Shown here: piece after piece, positions 20,140-29,026 of the stretch | Layout: each line of letters starts with the position of its first letter | How positions within the stretch are numbered: the first letter of the stretch is position 1 | Source of the DNA: Candidatus Poribacteria bacterium | GTDB lineage: Bacteria > Poribacteria > WGA-4E > WGA-3G | NCBI GenBank assembly: GCA_965247285.1 | Contig: CBDFHD010000003.1 | Span: 228,709-292,708 of the forward strand | Direction: 5' to 3' | DNA: 64,000 bases | The notes under the pieces: generated by a model | What the model saw: only the letters and a program-made list of their open reading frames with translations | Databases searched by the model: none | Told to the model about the DNA's origin: nothing | Program-made: the position numbers and the translations under genes

Positions 20140-21471
20140 ATGCAGGCACAACTGGTTGATTCTCTCTCTGACAAGGAAGCTGAACAAGCAGTACTCGGCG
20201 CGATGATGACCGACAAATCGGTTATTCCTCAAGTAATAACCAAGCTCGGTCAGACCTCTGATGTATTTTTCACTGTAGACCATCAGCTTACCTATTCAGC
20301 TATCCTTGCTGTATATGACCGCGTTAGCAATGCAGATCCCCTTCTTGTTGCTGATGAGTTGAAACGAGTGAACCAGTTGAACCGGGCTGGCGGAACAGAG
20401 TACCTATACGAACTACAGGCTCCAATTGCAGAGACAGAGAGTACAGAGTTTTACGCAGATATCCTCTATGAAAAGGCGACGCGCCGTCGGTTAATTCGAG
20501 CGACCGCTCAGATTCGCGAGATGGCATACGACGAGGGGGTAGGAATTGCTGATGTCCTGAATCAATCACAGGAAGCGGTCTTCGATCTTGGCCAGACAGA
20601 TACCCAACGCGGGTTTGTCGCCATCCATACATTACTCACAGAGAGTCTTAGCGCGGTTGAAAGTCTGTATCAGAAAAAAAGTAGATTTTTAGGGATACCG
20701 ACCGGCTTTATGGATTTTGACCATATGACATCAGGGCTGCAGCCCGGTAATCTTGTTATCATTGCCGCGCGACCGAGTATGGGAAAAACAACCTTGGTGC
20801 TGAACATAGCACAGAACATCGCCCTTGAAGAAAAACGTCCAGTCGCTATTTTTAGTCTTGAGATGCCAGCACAGGATATCGTCATGCGGATGTTAGCCGC
20901 CGAATCTCAGATTGATTTTGGGCGGCTCCGAACCGGCAATTTCAGTGAAGATAACTGGAAACCGTTGACTGAAGGGGCAAGTCGATTGGCTGAAGCACCT
21001 ATCCTAATTAACGATAATCGTGGTCTTACTGTTCAGAGTCTACGCGCCGAGGGGCGACGCTTAAAAGGCGAACACGGTAATCTGGCTCTCATTATTGTTG
21101 ACTACCTGCAACTATTGAGAGGGACTGGTAGATATAACGTTCGCGAACAGGAGATCTCTGAAATCTCACGTGCTTTGAAAATCCTCGCGTGGGAGCTTAA
21201 TGTTCCGATTATCGCTTGTTCGCAATTGAGTCGTGAGATTGAACGTCGCCCTGATAAACGTCCGCAGCTTTCAGATTTACGGGAGTCCGGGGCAATCGAA
21301 CAGGATGCCGATCTCGTCGCCTTTTTACACCGAGATGATTATTACGAAGATGAGGATGTCGGAGACAGGGTTGAAGCGAACATCATGATTAAGAAGCAGC
21401 GTAACGGACCAACCGGAACGGTTATTCTTTATTTTACTAAAAAGCAGATGCGATTTGAGAACCCCAGTTAG
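20140..21471 (+). CDS. dnaB: Replicative DNA helicase DnaB
   Basis: An N-terminal DnaB domain precedes Walker A AARPSMGKTT. It sits in the rpsF-ssb-rpsR-rplI-dnaB synteny. Confidence 0.9.
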   Translation: MQAQLVDSLSDKEAEQAVLGAMMTDKSVIPQVITKLGQTSDVFFTVDHQLTYSAILAVYDRVSNADPLLVADELKRVNQLNRAGGTEYLYELQAPIAETESTEFYADILYEKATRRRLIRATAQIREMAYDEGVGIADVLNQSQEAVFDLGQTDTQRGFVAIHTLLTESLSAVESLYQKKSRFLGIPTGFMDFDHMTSGLQPGNLVIIAARPSMGKTTLVLNIAQNIALEEKRPVAIFSLEMPAQDIVMRMLAAESQIDFGRLRTGNFSEDNWKPLTEGASRLAEAPILINDNRGLTVQSLRAEGRRLKGEHGNLALIIVDYLQLLRGTGRYNVREQEISEISRALKILAWELNVPIIACSQLSREIERRPDKRPQLSDLRESGAIEQDADLVAFLHRDDYYEDEDVGDRVEANIMIKKQRNGPTGTVILYFTKKQMRFENPS

Positions 21472-21549
21472 ATGGCTTTCAGCACGCTACGCTTTCAGTT
21501 CGGTTTTCAGTTAAGAGGTGTTTGCCGAAATCAGAACCCTCTTTTAACC

Positions 21550-21577
21550 GATAACTGATAACTGACAACTGACAACC
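21550..21577. repeat. Heptanucleotide tandem repeat (CTGATAA/CTGACAA)x4
   Basis: GATAACTGATAACTGACAACTGACAACC lies upstream of mlaE. The same heptamer array is found at 46086 and 60578. Confidence 0.6.
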
Positions 21578-21589
21578 ATTATAGAAAAT

Positions 21590-22414
21590 ATGGAGCAGCA
21601 GTCCACTATACACAAAGCCTCTGGAGGTTTCCCTGATTTGGTTAAGATTCGGTTGCACAGCGTGCTTTCCGAGGTAGGACGAGCCTTTACGCTCTTTTTT
21701 CAAACACTTTTTCAAATTTTCCGTCCTCCCTTTCAGTTTGATCTGTTAGTTAAGCAGTTGTTGTTGATCGGCTTCAATTCTTTGGCTGTTGTTATTGTCT
21801 CTGGGTTTTTCACGGGAATGGTATTGGGTGTTCAGGGGTATATTCAGCTCAAACCTTATGCAGTGGAAGGCTCGGTGGCGAGATTCGTTTGTGTTTCAGT
21901 CGTGAAGGAACTCGGTCCGATGATTACTGCGTTTGTGCTCGCCGGACGTATCGGGGCCTCAATTACTGCTGAACTTTCAACGATGAAGGTTACGGAGCAG
22001 ATTGACGCACTTGAGGTGATGGGCACAAATCCAGTCAAATATCTGGTGGTGCCGCGTTTTCTCGCGTGTTCTCTGATGTTACCGACGCTTACGATCTATT
22101 CGACGTTTGCGGGCATCGCTGGCGGTTTTGTCGCCGTTGTTACGCTATTTGATGTAAACGGCTCCTTTTTTCTCTTGGAAGTGCAGAAGAATCTTTTTGT
22201 CGGAAGCGTTCTCATTAGTTTGATTAAAGCGACCTCTTTCGGGATGGCAATTGCTGCGGTTGGCTGCTACAAGGGTTTTAGTATCTCGACAGCAGGCGGA
22301 GCAGAGGGGGTTGGCATTGCTACGACTGGCTCTGCTGTAATCTCTCTTATTGGTATTCTCGTTTTAGACTTTGTCTTGAATCATGTGCTCTTTAACATTT
22401 TTGGGTTGGTATAA
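21590..22414 (+). CDS. mlaE: Phospholipid ABC transporter permease MlaE
   Basis: It is a multi-TM permease with the MlaE/YrbE signature GPMITAFVLAGRIGASITAELSTMKVTEQIDALEVMG. Confidence 0.8.
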   Translation: MEQQSTIHKASGGFPDLVKIRLHSVLSEVGRAFTLFFQTLFQIFRPPFQFDLLVKQLLLIGFNSLAVVIVSGFFTGMVLGVQGYIQLKPYAVEGSVARFVCVSVVKELGPMITAFVLAGRIGASITAELSTMKVTEQIDALEVMGTNPVKYLVVPRFLACSLMLPTLTIYSTFAGIAGGFVAVVTLFDVNGSFFLLEVQKNLFVGSVLISLIKATSFGMAIAAVGCYKGFSISTAGGAEGVGIATTGSAVISLIGILVLDFVLNHVLFNIFGLV

Positions 22415-22420
22415 TTTAGC

Positions 22421-22582
22421 CGTCAGCCGTCAGGCATCAGCCGTCGGTAAAGAGGTTTTCGCCTCATAAAGGTTACCTCAATGTATAAGTAAAAACCGTA
22501 GCCTGCAACAACGGCGCAGGCGGATATGAGCAACGCCCGTCAAAGTTCAAACGCACGCTGTGCCTCCGCAAGGTAAAATTAA
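22421..22582 (+). repeat. Leader repeat L1, the conserved element forming the mlaF 5' region
   Basis: It begins with a (CAGCCGT)3 heptad array. Its core at 22471-22582 contains the hairpin GCCTGCAACAACGGCGCAGGC and ends CCGCAAGGTAAAATTAAAGA directly before the ATG. Homologous copies are at 24978, 25090 and 34465. Confidence 0.6.
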
Positions 22583-22585
22583 AGA

Positions 22586-23365
22586 ATGATTTCAATTAGA
22601 AACGTCACAAAAAGTTTTGGAGGCAAAAACGTTTTAAACGAACTCAGCCTTGAAATTCCGCGTGGCGAGACGCTCGTGATTATGGGACGTAGCGGGTGTG
22701 GTAAGAGTGTACTCCTCAAGATTATTACAGGATTGATGTCTGCCGATTCCGGTGAAATTTGGTTCGATGGAACGGAAATATCGAGCCTAAACAGAAAAAA
22801 AATGAATGTCCTCCGCCGAAAGGTTGGAATGCTGTTTCAGTCTGCTGCCCTCTTTGATTCGATGACTGTCGCAGAGAATGTCGCTTTTATGCTGGATCAG
22901 CATACAGATCTTGACAAGCGAGAAATGCGTAAGGTGGTTGACGAGAAACTCAGTCTTGTTGATTTAGAGGGTACTCAGGACTTGCGCCCCGCGGAATTGA
23001 GTGGGGGTATGCGAAAACGGGTCGGACTCGCACGCGCCCTCGCATTTGATCCGGAGGTTATTTTTTACGATGAACCTACAACCGGACTTGACCCGGTGAC
23101 CTGTACCGAAATCAATCAACTTATTGGAGACCTCCATGAGAGGCTGCAAGTCACCTCCGTTGTGGTTACACATGATATGCATAGTGCCTTCAGTGTCGCT
23201 ACCCGGATGGCTATGATTCATGAAGGTAGGCAGGTCGCATACGGCAGTCCAGATGAAATTATCAACATCGACGATCCCATTTTGCAACAGTTCATCCTAT
23301 TTGGAGCACCAGACCAGATTCTCAACATGGAAAATCCTATTTTGAAAAAATATTTAGGGAGGTAG
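22586..23365 (+). CDS. mlaF: Phospholipid ABC transporter ATP-binding protein MlaF
   Basis: Walker A GRSGCGKS, ABC signature LSGGMRKR and Walker B IFYDEPT are all present. Confidence 0.85.
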   Translation: MISIRNVTKSFGGKNVLNELSLEIPRGETLVIMGRSGCGKSVLLKIITGLMSADSGEIWFDGTEISSLNRKKMNVLRRKVGMLFQSAALFDSMTVAENVAFMLDQHTDLDKREMRKVVDEKLSLVDLEGTQDLRPAELSGGMRKRVGLARALAFDPEVIFYDEPTTGLDPVTCTEINQLIGDLHERLQVTSVVVTHDMHSAFSVATRMAMIHEGRQVAYGSPDEIINIDDPILQQFILFGAPDQILNMENPILKKYLGR

Positions 23366-23366
23366 T

Positions 23367-24929
23367 ATGAACTTTTGGACTGCGTCTGTAAAAGTCGGTG
23401 TAATGGTTCTCGTTGGCATCGTATTCCTGACAATTCTTCTTACGAATGCTGAGAATTGGCCGTGGGCAACTGCTGGTGATGAACTGACGTTTCAATTTCG
23501 TTCTGTCAACGGGCTTTATGTCGGGGCAGGTGTTTACCTATCTGGTGTCCCGATTGGCAAAGTAACGGCTATTGAGCTCCGTCCTGATACTGATAATGTG
23601 CACATCAAGGCGAAAGTCAAAAACGCATTTGAGTGGTTGAGGGAGGACTGTGGTGCCAGAATTTCCATGAACGGGTTTGTCGGTGAAATTTATATCGCTC
23701 TTGACAATGGACCCATTGGGAACTCGACCTTAAAACCAGCGAACTTGCCGATTGTTGGAAAAGACCCTGTGAATGCCTTGGAACTCCTTGAGCAGACGAG
23801 TGCTGGTATGACACAGGCTATTGAACTCACAACGGCTGCTAATGCAGTGCTACAAGCGAACCAAGAAGCCATTCAGCTCGCCATCAAAGAGATTCGGGAG
23901 GTCGTCGCACTCACTGGAAAAACTATTGAGAAGTTGAGCGTTGACTCTAAAGATACGGTGCAAACTTTGACGCAACTCGCCTTAGAAAACGATAGGCGGT
24001 TTCAGGGGACCCTCGTAAAGGTAAATAACCTTATAGCACAGTTAGAAGGCGATTCCCTGATGGTGAGCAGTCAAATAAGTGACATTACACGTGAACTCTT
24101 GAGGCTCCTGAATCAGAATTCACCGAAACTCAACACTATTTTTACCGATGTTCGCGCGACAACATCAGAATTTCGACAGATAACACAAGATTTTCGCTCA
24201 GATTTCGACACGTTAGCGGCACAGGTTTCTGCCCTTGTTTCGCAAGGTAGTAATGCTATTGAAACAGGAGAAGCCAACATCGCACCTATCTTAGAGAACC
24301 TAAAGGCGACGACTGCTTCGGTCGCTGCTCTGGAGACGAGCGTCAGTCGTTTTCTTACCACGCTTAACGAGGGTGAGGGTACTGTCGCGCAATTGCTGAA
24401 CACATCCGAGCCGCTTAAAGATGTCCGGCGAACCTTGCAAAATGTCGACGAAATGATGAGTGCGGTAACGGAACTCTCTGAAAAAACTGAGAAGCAGTTG
24501 GAGCAACTTGATTTACCGCAGTTTGGTTGGGATTATGAGCTCCGCTATCTGAGTCTCGAAGAGCGACTTTACAATGAACTGGCGTTTTCACTTTCTCGCA
24601 GCCCCGACGCACACTATAGGTTCGGGGTAGGTGTTCGAGATGAGAAGGTTCGCTTTGAGTTTCAGTATGCACACGATGTAACAGATTTTCTCCGTGCGCG
24701 TGCCGGGTTTATGCGTTCCAAAGTGGGAGCAGGCTTGGATTTGTGGTTGTGGTCCCGACGTTTCGGCATCAGCGTTGAAGGGGTAGGACTGACGGGCAGA
24801 GAACCAGAGTTGAACGCGGAAGTAGCGTTGCGGTTTTTCCGATATGGACAATTTCTGCTGGGTGCAGAGAATTTGACCGGTGAGCGGCGTTGGACAACAG
24901 GATTTCGCTTTTTGGGTGGTGAGTGGTAA
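23367..24929 (+). CDS. mlaD: MlaD/MCE-domain protein with a long coiled-coil and C-terminal extension
   Basis: An N-terminal TM precedes the MCE domain FRSVNGLYVGAGVYLSGVPIGKV. It is translationally coupled to mlaF, with GGGAGG before the ATG. At 520 aa it is much longer than E. coli MlaD. Confidence 0.8.
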   Translation: MNFWTASVKVGVMVLVGIVFLTILLTNAENWPWATAGDELTFQFRSVNGLYVGAGVYLSGVPIGKVTAIELRPDTDNVHIKAKVKNAFEWLREDCGARISMNGFVGEIYIALDNGPIGNSTLKPANLPIVGKDPVNALELLEQTSAGMTQAIELTTAANAVLQANQEAIQLAIKEIREVVALTGKTIEKLSVDSKDTVQTLTQLALENDRRFQGTLVKVNNLIAQLEGDSLMVSSQISDITRELLRLLNQNSPKLNTIFTDVRATTSEFRQITQDFRSDFDTLAAQVSALVSQGSNAIETGEANIAPILENLKATTASVAALETSVSRFLTTLNEGEGTVAQLLNTSEPLKDVRRTLQNVDEMMSAVTELSEKTEKQLEQLDLPQFGWDYELRYLSLEERLYNELAFSLSRSPDAHYRFGVGVRDEKVRFEFQYAHDVTDFLRARAGFMRSKVGAGLDLWLWSRRFGISVEGVGLTGREPELNAEVALRFFRYGQFLLGAENLTGERRWTTGFRFLGGEW

Positions 24930-24977
24930 TTGGCAGTCAGCGGGCAGCAGTCGGTTAAGAGGGGTTCGCCTAATAAA

Positions 24978-25199
24978 GGGTTCCTCAACGTATAATTAAA
25001 AAAACGTAGCCTGCAACAACGGCGCAGGCGGATATAAGGAACGCACTTCAAAGTCGAAACGCACGTTATGTAACCGCAAGGTAAAATTAGGGTTCCTCAA
25101 CGTATAATTAAAAAAACGTAGCCTGCAACAACGGCGCAGGCGGATATAAGGAACGCACTTCAAAGTCGAAACGCACGTTATGTAACCGCAAGGTAAAAT
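24978..25199 (+). repeat. Leader repeats L2 and L3, a tandem duplication of 2 x 112 nt
   Basis: Two perfect 112-nt units run GGGTTCCTCAACGTATAATTAAAAAAACGTAGCCTGCAACAACGGCGCAGGCGGATATAAGGAACGC...CCGCAAGGTAAAATTA. The second unit supplies the RBS and start context of radA. Confidence 0.7.
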
Positions 25200-25205
25200 T
25201 AAAGA

Positions 25206-26567
25206 ATGGCACGAGAGAAACGCAAATTTGTCTGTCAAGAGTGTGGATATACGACGCCAAAGACCCTGGGACGGTGTCCGAGTTGTAGGAGTTGGCAAAG
25301 TTTCGCCGAAGAGATAGAGACACTCACGACTGCATCGAAACACCGTGATATCGGACAAGCATCTCGCGAGCCTGAGCCTATTTCGCAAGTTACAGCAAGC
25401 GATGTGGAACGGCATCTAACTGGGATGTCAGAATTTGACAGAGTACTCGGTGGTGGGATTGTGCCGGGATCCGTAGTCCTGATCGGCGGCGATCCGGGAA
25501 TAGGCAAATCTACGTTGTTACTACAAGCCAGTGATGCATTGAGTCGGAACTATGGAGATGTGCTTTACGTTTCCGGTGAGGAATCTGTTAGCCAGACGAA
25601 ACTCCGTGCAACTCGGCTCGGTGTTTCGTCTGATACACTCTATGTACTATGTGAAAACAATTTGGAGCAGATTGAAAAGCATATTGCAGCATGGTCTCCG
25701 AAGGTTGTCATCGTTGATTCTATCCAAACGGTTTATTTGTCGAATATCCCATCCGCACCGGGGAGCGTCACCCAGATTCGTGAGTGTGCTGGGCATCTCC
25801 TGATTTGTGCGAAGAATCGGAATATACCGGTGTTTCTCGTCGGGCATGTGACAAAGGAGGGAACACTCGCTGGACCTCGCGTTTTAGAGCACATGGTGGA
25901 TACTGTCCTCTATTTTGAAGGGGAACAGCATCACATCTACCGCATCCTGCGTGCGATTAAAAATCGATTCGGTTCCACGAACGAGATCGGAATCTTTGAG
26001 ATGCAGAGCACAGGGCTCATGGATGTGATGAACCCGTCAGAACTCTTTTTAAGCAACAGAGAGGCAGAAATTTCAGGATCTGTTGTGGTCTCCAGCATAG
26101 AGGGTACCCGTCCCCTGCTCATGGAAGTGCAGGCGCTTGTCGTGCCTACGAATCATGGAAATCCCCGCAATACGACAGCCGGGGTGGACCGGCACCGGAT
26201 TGCCTTACTTATTGCGGTTCTCAATAAACGGGTAGGCATTGACGTTGCGGATTCCGACGTTTTTGTTAACATTACTGGTGGGCTACGCATTGATGAACCC
26301 GGGATTGACCTCGGTGTTATGATGGCAATCTCCTCAAGTCATCGAAATCTGCCTGTGGATAGGCAGACTGTTGTAATCGGAGAGGTTGGGTTGGGTGGTG
26401 AAATTCGTCCCGTGACGCATGTTGAGAGACGAATCCGGGAAGCCGCGAAGTTAGGATTCAGACGGGTGATTTTTCCTGAGTACAACCGGAAAGGCTTGGA
26501 AATTGACGAAGATATTGAACTTGTGGGTGTTAGCGACGTATATGACAGTCTGGGGGCTTTACTGTAG
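25206..26567 (+). CDS. radA: DNA repair protein RadA (Sms)
   Basis: An N-terminal C4 zinc finger CQECGY...CPSC, Walker A GGDPGIGKST, the KNRFG motif and a C-terminal Lon-like domain are present. Confidence 0.9.
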   Translation: MAREKRKFVCQECGYTTPKTLGRCPSCRSWQSFAEEIETLTTASKHRDIGQASREPEPISQVTASDVERHLTGMSEFDRVLGGGIVPGSVVLIGGDPGIGKSTLLLQASDALSRNYGDVLYVSGEESVSQTKLRATRLGVSSDTLYVLCENNLEQIEKHIAAWSPKVVIVDSIQTVYLSNIPSAPGSVTQIRECAGHLLICAKNRNIPVFLVGHVTKEGTLAGPRVLEHMVDTVLYFEGEQHHIYRILRAIKNRFGSTNEIGIFEMQSTGLMDVMNPSELFLSNREAEISGSVVVSSIEGTRPLLMEVQALVVPTNHGNPRNTTAGVDRHRIALLIAVLNKRVGIDVADSDVFVNITGGLRIDEPGIDLGVMMAISSSHRNLPVDRQTVVIGEVGLGGEIRPVTHVERRIREAAKLGFRRVIFPEYNRKGLEIDEDIELVGVSDVYDSLGALL

Positions 26568-26751
26568 TACGGTTCGTAATTTATTGATAGTTATAAAGTC
26601 TAAGTGTGAACATTGTTAAGTTGGCGTGTTTACAGAGCGCGTCCGAAATATCGGGGCAGATGCTGGTAACCGGGTTTCTTGTAAGCGCGAATGAAGTCCG
26701 CGCCTGCAAGTGGCAGTACTGTCTTTTTAAGTTAGACTTGGAGTAGGAAAA

Positions 26752-27780
26752 ATGATAGTTTGGGGGATTCGTCTCTTTTTTATAATTGCAGGTGTGGCAA
26801 GCTGCTATATCATCTACAGTGCCCCAGTCGCAGCGATTGTTGGATTTGTCGTTGCCCTTTTTCTTGTTGGGGCAGAAATTTGTCTACGTATACCCAGCGT
26901 ACGTGGTATCGTCGCGGGGCTGATAGGACTTTTTATAGGTTTATTGGTTTCTTTTGCCCTGCTATCTCTCCTGTCACAGTTTGATGACAATCTAAAGATA
27001 GCAATTGTTCTCAGTTTGGGGTACGTGGGTATGATGAGCGGCTACCATCTCTCTACAACAGTGAGTTTAAGCCAATTACTGGGATCAAAGGGGTCTACCC
27101 GACCTGGTGATTCACGTTCAGTTCAAGCTGCAAGTAACTTCAAAATTTTGGACACAAGTGTTATTATTGATGGTAGAATTCTTGAAATCTGTCAAACGAA
27201 ATTTATTGAAGGCACGCTTGTCATTCCACGATTTGTTCTCAATGAGTTGCAGCATATTGCGGATTCAACGGAACCACTTCGTAGAAATAAGGGACGGCGC
27301 GGTTTTGATATCCTTCGTGCGCTTCAGAACAATCTGGGAATTGATGTTGAAATCTCAGAGGAAGAAGTGCCGCATTTGCCAGAAGTTGATGCGAAGTTGG
27401 TTCATCTCGCACAAAAGCAAGGGGCAACGATTATCACAAACGATTTAAACCTCAACAAAGTTGCCGAATTACAGAGTGTGAATGTCCTCAATATCAACGA
27501 GTTGTCGAATGCCGTACGTCCTGTTGTCATTGCCGGTGAGGTGATCCAAGTGCTTCTCCTAAAGGAAGGCAAGGAACCGAATCAGGGGGTTGGCTATCTT
27601 GATGACGGAACGATGGTAATCGTTGAAGACGGGAAACCCTACATCGGGAGTGTGATTAATGTTGAGGTTACACAGATGTTACGAACGAGCGCGGGTCAAA
27701 TGATTTTCACGCGAATAAAAGAAAATGATATGGACAGTGATGAACAGCAAGGTGTGCGTTCTTATCCCCGCAGCTGGTAA
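26752..27780 (+). CDS. YacL-like membrane protein with PIN and TRAM domains
   Basis: N-terminal TM helices precede the PIN motifs ILDTSVIIDGRI and LNEL. A C-terminal TRAM-like beta barrel has the sequence GEVIQVLLLKEG...VINVEVTQMLRT. The radA-yacL-ispD-ispF-cysS order matches Firmicutes synteny. Confidence 0.8.
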   Translation: MIVWGIRLFFIIAGVASCYIIYSAPVAAIVGFVVALFLVGAEICLRIPSVRGIVAGLIGLFIGLLVSFALLSLLSQFDDNLKIAIVLSLGYVGMMSGYHLSTTVSLSQLLGSKGSTRPGDSRSVQAASNFKILDTSVIIDGRILEICQTKFIEGTLVIPRFVLNELQHIADSTEPLRRNKGRRGFDILRALQNNLGIDVEISEEEVPHLPEVDAKLVHLAQKQGATIITNDLNLNKVAELQSVNVLNINELSNAVRPVVIAGEVIQVLLLKEGKEPNQGVGYLDDGTMVIVEDGKPYIGSVINVEVTQMLRTSAGQMIFTRIKENDMDSDEQQGVRSYPRSW

Positions 27781-28441
27781 GGGCAGCCGGATGGCGCATT
27801 CGGTTAAAAAACCGTACTTAAAATTGGCACAGAAGCCGATTTTGGCACATACGATTCAGCGGTTTGAGCAAAATAGTGCTGTGGACGCGGTTTTCGTTAT
27901 TGTCGATCCAGCCGATTTCAGCGAATGTCACGCCGCTGTGTTGCATCCCTATCCCTTTACAAAGGTACAAGAACTTGTTGAGGGAGGAGAAACTCGTCAG
28001 ATGTCGGTCTATAATGGTATACGCGCCCTATCGGCAGATGTTGACTTTGTGATTGTTCATGATGGGGTGCGTCCTTTTGTGACGGATGAGGTCATTTTCG
28101 CGTGTCTTACCGCGGCGGACGAATATGGTGCGGCTGTTGCTGCCGTTCCAGTCAAGGATACAATCAAAGTCTCGAACAAAGACAGTTTCATTGTTGAAAC
28201 ACCAGCGCGTGACCAGCTCTGGGCGGTGCAAACACCCCAGGTCTTTCGGAAATCTCTTTTAGAGGAAGCGCATCAGGTAGCGCAAGCGCGTCAACTCACG
28301 GCAACCGATGATGCTTCCCTTATTGAACAACTCGGATTTCCTGTTAAATTGGTGAAGGGAAGTTACGCGAATCTAAAGATAACTACGCCCATTGATTTAC
28401 GAGTGGCTGAAATGTTGATCTCAGATGCCACCCTTTGGTAG
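27740..28441 (+). CDS. ispD: 2-C-methyl-D-erythritol 4-phosphate cytidylyltransferase
   Basis: The IspD motifs VLIPAAGKGSRM and VHDGVRPF are present. Its start overlaps the end of yacL, and the ORF-track start at 27725 is also possible. Confidence 0.85.
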   Translation: MNSKVCVLIPAAGKGSRMAHSVKKPYLKLAQKPILAHTIQRFEQNSAVDAVFVIVDPADFSECHAAVLHPYPFTKVQELVEGGETRQMSVYNGIRALSADVDFVIVHDGVRPFVTDEVIFACLTAADEYGAAVAAVPVKDTIKVSNKDSFIVETPARDQLWAVQTPQVFRKSLLEEAHQVAQARQLTATDDASLIEQLGFPVKLVKGSYANLKITTPIDLRVAEMLISDATLW

Positions 28442-28500
28442 GCGTTTTGTCTGTTGCCTCCATTTTTTATGCGTCTATTGTGGTGAAAATGTAGAGAAAA

Positions 28501-28974
28501 ATGCGAGTAGGTATTGGTTACGACGTTCATCGATTGGTCTCTGATAGAAAATTGATTCTGGGGGGCGTTGAGATCTCATATCATTTGGGATTGTTAGGAC
28601 ATTCGGATGCGGATGTCCTGACACACGCGATCGTAGATGCGATTTTAGGCGCAGCCGCACTCGGTGATATCGGCACTCATTTTCCTGATACGGATGATCG
28701 TTATAAAGGAATGGATAGCCTTATTTTTCTACGTGATGTCGCAGCGAAAGTGAGACAGGGTGGCTACCAGATCGAAAATATAGACAGTACAGTTATCGCA
28801 CAGTCCCCGAAATTGGCACCCTACATTTCAGAGATGCGCGCAAGACTTGCCAAAACACTTGATATTGACGTGGCGCAGGTAAACGTTAAGGCTACCACTG
28901 CGGAAGAATTGGGCGTTGTCGGCGAGGGGAAAGCGATTGTCGCTCACGCTACCGCCTGCCTTTCCCGGCTATAG
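28501..28974 (+). CDS. ispF: 2-C-methyl-D-erythritol 2,4-cyclodiphosphate synthase
   Basis: The IspF motifs [12 protein letters not shown] and [19 protein letters not shown] are present. Confidence 0.9.
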   Translation: MRVGIGYDVHRLVSDRKLILGGVEISYHLGLLGHSDADVLTHAIVDAILGAAALGDIGTHFPDTDDRYKGMDSLIFLRDVAAKVRQGGYQIENIDSTVIAQSPKLAPYISEMRARLAKTLDIDVAQVNVKATTAEELGVVGEGKAIVAHATACLSRL

Positions 28975-29026
28975 GTGTTGTTTTGTGAGCAATGCCAACA
29001 GGAGTCTAAAACACGGAAAAATCGGA

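Noticed and set aside
24978-25199. A tandem direct repeat that could look like a CRISPR array.
   Set aside because: It has only two 112-nt units with no spacers and is directly tandem. It belongs to the leader-repeat family found upstream of mlaF and tsaC.
28916-29026. An N-terminal extension of cysS from a TTG inside ispF.
   Set aside because: The conserved CysS N-terminus begins MKIYNSL at 29027. The extension overlaps ispF.
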